Source of the DNA: Anthoceros angustus
Lineage: Eukaryota; Plantae; Anthocerotophyta
Direction of reading: 5' to 3'
Length of the DNA stretch: 7,056 nt
Assembly: GCA_010909165.1 (NCBI GenBank)
Contig: VJWM01000438.1
Coordinates: forward strand, 1 to 7,056
This document shows, piece after piece, positions 1 to 6,440 of the stretch (position 1 is the stretch's first letter; every line of letters starts with the position of its first letter). The translations under genes and the position numbers were made by a program. The notes below the pieces were generated by a model that worked only from the letters and a program-made list of their open reading frames with translations, was not told the DNA's origin and did no database searches.

Positions 1-492
1 GGAGCTTTGCGGTTGATGGCACTTCTTCCGTGAATGAGGACCCAATTGCTCCAGTTTATCAACCTTGAAGATGAAGACCTTCACCAGATACGCAACCTCC
101 CCAAATTTGGTGGCAAGGACACCATGCCAACTCCGCTCGTCCTCGGCAGATTCTTGTCCAGATAATGGGAAACGACACAGATACCCCTCTATCCCGGATC
201 GAAAAGCTTGCGGGTGTATGCACTGCGTGTGGGAAAAGAAAGACAAGAAAATTATCCTTCGGTGGCAAGTCGATTTTAAGGTATGCAAGCTTTTGCCCAA
301 AGTTATGTGCGATTGAGGAGGCTAAGTTGCTTCACGCACGGAGTTGGAGAGACAAAGAATTCATGCAGTGTGGAACATGCCCGAGTACTTCATGATTTAC
401 AACGTCGGATGCAAGCCGAAATCCGATTGAAGATAGCAATTGTTTGCGTTCCCAAGTTGGAACAAACGAGCAGCCTACTTCTCATTCGATGA
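1..492 (+). CDS. Putative C-terminal part of the second (Myb/SANT/trihelix-type DNA-binding) ORF of the Harbinger element; frameshifted, 5' end outside window
   Basis: Joining overlapping + frames (ORFs 165..395 and 283..492) gives an acidic/Pro-rich linker, a basic patch (GKRKTRK) and a helical, coiled-coil-like tail (approx. MQAFAQKLCAIEEAKLLHARELERQRIH...RVLHDLQRRMQAEIRLK). It lies tail-to-tail with the transposase. PIF/Harbinger elements typically carry such a second ORF, but the diagnostic Myb/SANT domain is not in the window, so the identity is inferred from context. Confidence 0.35.
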
Positions 493-672
493 TGAGAGGT
501 GATGTAGCATGGGAGGAATAGCAGACGTTTCAATTCGGGCAGCATAGGCCCCTTCTAATGTAGGTAGAGACTTCTTGTGTTTTGTGATACCTTGATTTAA
601 AGGTGATAATTATTTCTTTGGGCATGATGGCCTCCCATACTTTCTAACATACAATAACAATCACAATTTGCC

Positions 673-1806
673 TCAACAATTTGTATTCACCCAAAACTCC
701 AACAATGCTTGTCTTTCGTTGCCCACTCGTTGAAGCTCCTCCATGGCATTCTCCAAATAAAATGGCTGATGGTGCATGGGATAAGGGTCCGGATTTTCCA
801 GACATTTGCCACATCGCTCCTTGTGCATGATGCAAAATTATGTAACATGCAAGCTACTACTTTGCCCACATAAGGAAGAGCCACATTTATGTCTTTTTCA
901 TACATTCTTCAAATTCCCAAATGCATTTTCAATTTTCACCCTTCCTTTCGCAGACTCCTATTGAACCTTCGTTTTATGCAGTGCGCATGGTGTATCATAT
1001 GCCTTCATGAGGAAAGGCATGATTGGATAAGCACTATCACCAACAATAAAAGGCGAACATTAGTGTTGCCAACCAATATCGTTATTCCGTCAAGATGTCA
1101 TGTCGATGTAATCTTGCCCACTACTCTTCCGCAACACGTAGTCATGGACACCTCCTGAGCAATGCAACTTACATCCAAAAGATTTGATTATAGTCACGCA
1201 GACTCCTTGAAGAATGACGCTATGCATGTCATGTGACCAATCTGGCCGGAGTATACTTGTTAGCGGGCTTAGCAGCCAATTTGATGTGCGAACCATCAAT
1301 TGCACCCACCATATTTGGAACTCCATGGTGCAAAAACTTATCGCACATGCTAGTTGTGTTGGCCACTTGGCATGTTGATGAACTTTGAAGCCAACTTCCT
1401 TGGATTACTAAGGATGCTAGTAATCAACTTGGTATACTCATCACGATTGGATGGTCCAACTCCATAGGTGTTAGCGACAACTTTAGGAGATGCTCCATAA
1501 GCTAACTGCAAGACCATGGCAACTCAAGCTCAAGTTGCAAAGGTGGCACATAGACTTCTTTTGGATGTAAGGACGTAATTCTTCCACCAAAAGCTTGAAA
1601 GAGTAGGCCATCCCGCACTCCTTCCTCCATTGTGCATCCAACTGTTTTCATCGGTGCCAAGCAAGCATGTGTAAAGAACTCCAAGTTGTATTTTGGCGAA
1701 ACTTCCACCAAAATCTCGTTGAAGACTGCTCAATATCCCAATGAAAGAAGTACGCTCCAACCAATGAAAGTATTAAAGGAATAACAAAACATCCATCATT
1801 ACTCAT
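673..1806 (-). CDS. PIF/Harbinger-family DDE transposase (DDE_Tnp_4 / HARBI1-like), interrupted by many small indels
   Basis: Manual minus-strand translation across frameshifts. Start ATG at 1806 (MSNDGCFVIP...). HTH-like region AMVL..LAYGASPKVVANTYGVGPS. Then GVPNMVGAIDGSHI (Asp at 1295-1297), HSVILQGVC, GGVHD (1141-1143), FIVGDSAYPIMPFLMKAY (Asp at 1036-1038), GRVKIENAFGNLK (Glu at 928-930), VVAC.MLHNF, and a C-terminal ENAMEELQRVGNERQALLEFWVNTNC followed by TGA at 675-673. Motif order and spacing match Harbinger transposases. Confidence 0.92.
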
Positions 1807-2090
1807 CCCACTATCATCCAACTGTGAGCTAAAACCATAGGTAGATCCGTGCATTCTACATAAGATTTCATGAAAAACCAAATAAAATATTAAATAACAT
1901 GGGATCCATGACCCCAAGCAAACAAAAGGACAAGACACACAAGGCCAGGCCACAAGACCAAGGGAGCGGAATCGAAAACACAACAAGCCACAACAGACAA
2001 TGAAGTTGAAAATGAGAAGACGAGCCTCTTTTATCCTCACGATGCTATTTTTGTAATATAATATTAGTACCATAACATCACGGGTCATGG

Positions 2091-2131
2091 GACCACAGCT
2101 CGGCCCTGCGTGACCACGGCCCGGTCCTGCG
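2091..2131. repeat. Imperfect tandem repeat, 2 x 20 bp with 21-bp period
   Basis: gaccacagctcggccctgcg (2091-2110) versus gaccacggcccggtcctgcg (2112-2131): 17/20 identical. Confidence 0.75.
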
Positions 2132-2333
2132 CCTTGCTGCGCAGTATCGACCTTATCGTTTGGTTAAAGAAACCGAAAAGACGGGTTCGCCGATCTTTAC
2201 GGCGAGTCTACGCAGCATGTCCGGTTCCGATGAACAGGCCATCAGAGGACTATGGGCTCCGGTGACTTTCCTGGCTTTAACAGATGCTTCTCTTGCTCAC
2301 TCTCCTGCACCTTGTGTTCATTTTTCCACACAG

Positions 2334-2427
2334 CTGGTCAGACACTACAGCAGTGTGCAGGCAACTCACTCTACCTGTTGTCACTGCTGCATTACTTGTA
2401 CAGCCGTGAAGATGACCCCGTCTTTCT
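2334..2427 (+). other. Possible eukaryotic internal exon of an unidentified gene
   Basis: Preceded by a pyrimidine tract and acceptor (ttgtgttcatttttccacacAG, 2333) and followed by GTATGT (2428, alternative at 2432). Open frame GQTLQQCAGNSLYLLSLLHYLYSREDDPVF. A possible upstream donor GTGACT lies at 2262. Protein not recognised. Confidence 0.3.
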
Positions 2428-2450
2428 GTATGTATGTGTACACACACCCG

Positions 2451-2466
2451 TTAGGTTAGGTTTAGG
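2451..2466 (+). repeat. Short telomere-like motif TTAGG-TTAGG-TTTAGG
   Basis: Read directly; it follows a (GTAT)/(CA) simple-repeat patch at 2428-2447. Confidence 0.5.
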
Positions 2467-2599
2467 CAGGCGTTGAATCCAGCATCTAGCAGGCGACTGG
2501 CGTCAGCACAGCCAGGAATGGATAACCATCTATTCGAGCGCAGCATAAATGATAAAAAGACCTCCCGAAAGCGAATCATATTTCGGCAGTAGACTACCT

Positions 2600-2644
2600 G
2601 TATTGTCTCCTCTGCCTTCACGTATTGTCTCCTCTGCCTTCACG
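2600..2644. repeat. Perfect tandem duplication of 22 bp
   Basis: gtattgtctcctctgccttcac at 2600-2621 and again at 2622-2643, followed by g. Confidence 0.95.
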
Positions 2645-3211
2645 CTTTACGTTCCTGTGGAATTGTAAGGTAGAATGCTGGTCCTTGCAACGCACGCACG
2701 AAAGACTGGCGCGTCGTGGCAATGAATGCGCACGCCAATGAGGCCATACGCCGCACAACGATCGGTCATCAGTACAGCAAAAAACCTGTCCTTGGCTGCC
2801 GCTAGATCTCACCGGTCTCGAGGTTCGCGTAAGCACTGCTAGGCTCTCGCAGCACTCCTCGTAGCAGCAGTGACACGCGCCAGTGGCGGACAGCAGCGAC
2901 GCAAGACGCGGCCTGCTGGTCATCCCGCACCCGCACCGGGCTGTCCACCGCACCGGGTTATCTGTTAGTAAATGACGTTGTAAGTACATATTTCGTTTTC
3001 ACTGCTTAGGGATTATCTACGAAAGGAAATATGACCTCGTGTGCAAAATTCATTTATTTATTTTTAAGAGAGCCGCAAGACGTTGGAGTTCCATCTCCGG
3101 CCTCAAGCTACCATTTGGTATGGGCATGAATTGATAAAGACTTCTCCCTAGCTTGTGAAGGTGATAGTCTTCCATACTTTCAGTCCTTGTGGGAAAAGCT
3201 TTAGGAGAGTT

Positions 3212-3413
3212 TCTTGGGTGTCTTGTTTGAAGAAGCCACCACAACTCTCTTGGTTATCTATAGCTCTATTGGGTGTCTTGTGGGAGATTGCCACCACAGC
3301 TCTCTTGGGTGTCTTGGTGGAGAAGCCACCATGCCTCTTGGGAGAGCTGTGGTGGCTTCTCCACCAAGACACCCAAGAGAGTTGTGGTGACTTCTCCCAT
3401 CAAGACACCCAAG
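3212..3413. repeat. ~35-bp minisatellite, three forward copies then two inverted copies, forming a long hairpin
   Basis: Consensus TCTTGGGTGTCTTGGTGGAGAAGCCACCACAGCTC. Forward copies at ~3212-3247, ~3267-3302 and 3303-3331; reverse-complement copies at 3344-3378 and 3379-3413. A perfect 32-bp inverted repeat pairs 3300-3331 with 3350-3381 around an 18-nt loop. Confidence 0.92.
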
Positions 3414-3420
3414 AAAAGAG

Positions 3421-3717
3421 TGACTTGGTTCTCTACCTTCCTCACCCGCTAACGCAACACCTAAGTTCGTGCTTATACCCTCATTTCGGTCTTTGGTTTG
3501 TAATGCTTTAAAGTTCCCCCATGCCTCTTTGACTGCCACATGTTCAAATGAATAGAGAGCCCTTATCCTACTCGCCGTGTAAGTCTTTGTTGGTGAAAAG
3601 CATGTATGGATACTGTGCTTGGGACAAAACTGCAATGAATCATTCAAAACAAGGCTCTCTACATTGCACATTTGTAATTCTCTCTTCACTGACCTGGCTC
3701 TCTACCTTCCTCACCCG
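3421..3717. repeat. Pair of 28-bp direct repeats (3421-3448 and 3690-3717) flanking 241 bp
   Basis: tgacttggttctctaccttcctcacccg versus tgacctggctctctaccttcctcacccg: 26/28 identical, both differences T/C transitions. Confidence 0.85.
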
Positions 3718-3804
3718 GTAGAGCCACCGCAGTACCGTAAGCGCGGTATTTCAGCCGCACAACTTTGGAGGGACCTCAATGGTGCTGAATATAGTGAGGC
3801 AAAC

Positions 3805-4051
3805 TGAGGATTTATAGAGATAATGCAGATTAATTAAATCAGATAAAATAATTACATCATTGATAATCAAGAAAAGAACCAAAGTGTTTATGAGACTTGG
3901 ACAACTTAACTAAAGCGAAAAGTCATGTCTTCGCTAAAGGTCGCAACCCTAATGAAAGGGTATATATATAAGCTAAGTTATGTGTGACTAATAAGCTAAC
4001 CCTAGGTTACTTAACATTATGATAACACCCTAAGTACTCATTACTTCATCA
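3805..4051 (-). repeat. Putative 3' LTR (~247 bp) of the copia element
   Basis: On the minus strand it begins TGATGAAG directly after the PPT and ends ...ATCCTCA (terminal inverted repeat TGATGA/TGAGGA, 5/6). It is AT-rich with a TATA run at 3961-3971. An alternative distal end is possible at 3795 (another TGAGG). No second LTR is present for confirmation. Confidence 0.65.
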
Positions 4052-4060
4052 CTCCCACTT
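4052..4060 (-). promoter_or_regulatory. Polypurine tract (plus-strand primer) AAGTGGGAG
   Basis: The minus strand reads ...CAACAAGTGGGAG|TGATGAAG, the usual copia PPT|TG arrangement. Confidence 0.65.
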
Positions 4061-4156
4061 GTTGAATGCATGTTAAGTACACTCCTTCCTTGTCGTCCCT
4101 TGTGAGCGTGAGCGTCACTTGAGCTTGATCCTCCTTAGGCGCCATTTATCGGAGCA

Positions 4157-4960
4157 ATGGAGCGTGAGGATGAGATGCCTCTCGCCGAGGGCCTGGTATT
4201 TAAGCTGCACGCTTCCTGCCTCATTTCAAGATTCCAACTTTGGAGGCGCTTGCGCTATGTCTTCTATCACAACACCATCGATGATGCCTCGAAGCTCGGG
4301 CTTACAATCGTGATCCCCTTGGTCGATTTTCAGCTAGAACACCTTTCGAGAAGCCCAAGCCGCGTCTGCTAAAGGTCCCTCTAGGTCAGGGAGGCCACCG
4401 AGGCGTGGTAGAGGAAGGCGGCACGAGTGCCGCGATGCCATGGGGCTTCTTCGCGGTGCCCCACGAACTAACGTGTGTAAGTGCGAGAGGAGGTTCGACG
4501 AGGGTGAATATGCCTACTATTGTGCGATTCCACCTTGCCATTTTCCTTCCCCATAAGAGAGTATGATGAAGAGACGAGAGTTGTGTGCCCTGGAAACATA
4601 AAACACCCGGGATCGCCACTATGGTATCGATGTCGGGTGACCAGATACATACTTCGTCGTGTGAAGGTCACCATGTGCAGGGAATACCCTGCACACGCAG
4701 TCAGCTTCTACAGTAAGCGTTGATTTCCGCTTCTGTTGCTTTAGCCCCCTTTCGTTTATTGTGCTCCCACTCGCCTGAGAAATTCTAACATCACACTGTT
4801 GCATCTTGTAGGGACCGACATCCGGCTTAGGGAGGAGGAACGTCTCGAACCTGAAGAACGAATATCTTATCGGAAAGGAAGAGGCAGCCCTCTCGAGAAA
4901 GCTTCTCCACACGAAGCCGGATTCGAGAATCTGAAAATAACAACATTGATGATTCGATGA
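4157..4960 (+). CDS. Putative spliced ORF antisense to copia pol, product unknown
   Basis: ATG at 4157 (MEREDEMPLAEGLVFKL...), candidate introns 4477-4557 and 4713-4811. Removing 4713-4811 joins ...REYPAHAVSFY in frame to RTDIRLREEERLEPEERISYRKGRGSPLEKASPHEAGFENLKITTLMIR, ending at TGA 4958-4960. Upstream frame continuity cannot be verified because of indel noise. Confidence 0.45.
4477..4557 (+). other. Possible spliceosomal intron (81 nt)
   Basis: Strong donor GTAAGT at 4477 and pyrimidine tract ttttccttcccc at 4541-4552. The acceptor reads AAG (4555-4557), which is non-optimal and may be an error for TAG. Confidence 0.4.
4713..4811 (+). other. Spliceosomal intron (99 nt), antisense to the retrotransposon
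   Basis: Donor GTAAGC (4713), T-rich body, branch point CTAAC (4785-4789) and acceptor ttgTAG (4811). Excision removes the stop at 4721-4723 and keeps the frame open for about 49 further codons. Confidence 0.65.
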
Positions 4961-5005
4961 AGCGAGCTTCAAGCGGGATTAGGGGCTAGGCCTTTTCTTT
5001 TGCTT

Positions 5006-6437
5006 TCAGGCTTTGAGGAAGTCTTGCGACCTCCCGAGTCCCGGACTCTTTACATGTTTGTGGTGTAACTCGGCCTAGAGCCTTAGTCAGTATATCCGGG
5101 GTTGTCGTTGTTGGTATGTAGTCCAAGTATATTTTCCTACACCGCTCTCTAATGTAGTGATACTCGACTTCCACATGCTTTGTCGTGAGTGAAAGGCAGG
5201 ATTCTTTGCTAGAGCCATGGAGCCTTGGTTGTCTGTATAGATAGTGATGCAGTGGGTAGGTGAATTCCCATCTCTGAAAAATTAACACACTATCTCTTTT
5301 CATTTGTCGAACTCTATACTCGGCCTCTAGACTTGGCAGGCCACGTGTTGCTTCTTGGATGACCAACATATAGGTCCGCCGACAAAGGAGACACATATCC
5401 TCCGACTTTCTCGTGTCAATGTCTCCATAGTCGTAGTCTGAAAAGTCTCTAAGTCTAGAGTCTTTCCTTCCGTGCTCATACCTTAAGCCTACATCCGATG
5501 TTCCTTTCGGATAGCGAAACACCCGTTCAAACTCGCCAATGTTCATGGCACGGATGTTCAAGAAATTGGGATAAGTGGTTGAATATGCAACGCGTCGGCC
5601 TCAGTGTTTGAAGCATAGATAAGTTTACCTACCCCTTTTCGTATGGCACATTTGCCATAGCATCCTTTTCAAATTATTGTGGACACATTGACTTACTCAA
5701 CTTCAATCCACTAGGTAAGGGTGTTGATCTTTGGTTTGGCATCTTTAAGGCCCATCTGCTCCACACAGTTCATAAGGTATCTCGGTTGTCAAGGTAATAA
5801 TTCTTCTATCTCTATCCCTTTGAATGTGAACACCAAGAGCTTCTTAGAGGTCCGAGATTTGTCATCTCAAATTTACATGTTAGCGGAGTTGAGCTTGGTG
5901 ATGTATGCTCCACTATTGCGACAATCAAGTCGTCACATAGATCGCAAGGTAACTTCGTTATCGATCAGAAAGCGTGTGCCATCGCAGCACTTTACAAAAC
6001 CTAGTTCACGACTCCTCATCCAGATGTTCCATTCCATATCGTTTGAGCCCATACTGAGTTTTGATTAGCTTGAGGACATAGTCCTCTTTGCCTTTACTTC
6101 ATAACTGGAGGCCGCATATATATCTCTATCTAGCTTCCCATGTAGAAATCTTTTTTCACATCAAACATATCTAACTCATAGTCTTTGTGGTACAGACATA
6201 GGATACGAAAAGTTGCCATCTTGACAAGCTGGAGCAAATGTTTCAAGTAGTCTAGGCACGGCACTTGGGAAAATCCTCGAGCTCAGTCTTGCTTTATACC
6301 TATCAAAGGTACCATCGACTTTCACTTTTAGTTTGAAAACCCATTTACATGAGACCATTTTGCGGCTGAGGTAACTTGGCTAGCTCCCAAGTCCGTTTTG
6401 ATCAAGGATTAAACTCATTGTATGGCCTTTTCCATTC
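5006..6437 (-). CDS. Ty1/copia pol: reverse transcriptase and RNase H, frameshifted by many indels
   Basis: Reconstructed motifs: EWKKAIQ.EFNSLIKNGTWELAKLP (from 6437), RKMVSCKWVFKLKVKVDGTFDRYKARL, FDVK.AFLHGKLD..IYM, YVLKL.KTQYGLKQ, IYVDDLI (~5922-5942), FEMTNLG, and RNase H RVFRY.KGT, FSD.DY.GD.DTRKS, EAEY, TKHVEVEYHYIRE, DILTKAL. The conserved-frame stop is TGA 5008-5006; the ORF track frame runs to 4986. Confidence 0.95.
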
Positions 6438-6440
6438 AAA

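Larger units (their letters stand above)
1..2152 (-). mobile_element. PIF/Harbinger DNA transposon (partial; left end outside window, right end tentative)
   Basis: Transposase plus probable partner ORF. The tentative right boundary is ...ATCGACC (2152) followed by TTA (2153-2155), the canonical Harbinger target trinucleotide. The partner TIR is not visible, so the boundary is unproven. Confidence 0.6.
3805..6440 (-). mobile_element. Ty1/copia LTR retrotransposon, 3' half (RT-RNase H, long 3' region, PPT, 3' LTR); truncated at the junction with bacterial DNA
   Basis: Copia RT and RNase H motifs on the minus strand, followed in the same orientation by a PPT-like tract and a TG...CA bounded LTR-like segment. 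Confidence 0.85.

Noticed and set aside
1648-2088. 146-aa minus-strand ORF as an N-terminal extension of the transposase or a membrane protein
   Set aside because: Only the part downstream of ATG 1806 is transposase-like; the upstream hydrophobic stretch comes from T-rich leader or intron-like sequence.
2618-2989. Minus-strand 123-aa ORF as a real gene
   Set aside because: It has no recognisable domain, its Arg/Cys/Ser-rich composition is typical of chance ORFs in GC-rich DNA, and it ends inside the 22-bp duplication.
2968-3007. Degraded nanopore adapter remnant (AAGTACAT...TTCGTT...TGCT) at the end of the GC-rich block
   Set aside because: Only short scattered words match the adapter as I recall it; chance similarity is as likely. 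A Porechop-style internal adapter scan would settle it.
3212-3413. CRISPR array (repeat unit of about 35 bp)
   Set aside because: Units are directly adjacent with no unique spacers, orientation flips mid-array, no cas genes are present, and the context is eukaryotic repeat DNA.
3050-3689. ORFs 3050..3244, 3148..3372, 3155..3511 and 3258..3689 as protein-coding genes
   Set aside because: They are open because the minisatellite lacks stop codons; the translations just repeat the unit (HQDTQE, LLGVL) and resemble no protein family I recognise.
3733-3748. Helitron 3' terminal hairpin (TACCG...CGGTA)
   Set aside because: The stem is only 5-7 bp and no CTRR terminus follows at the expected distance.
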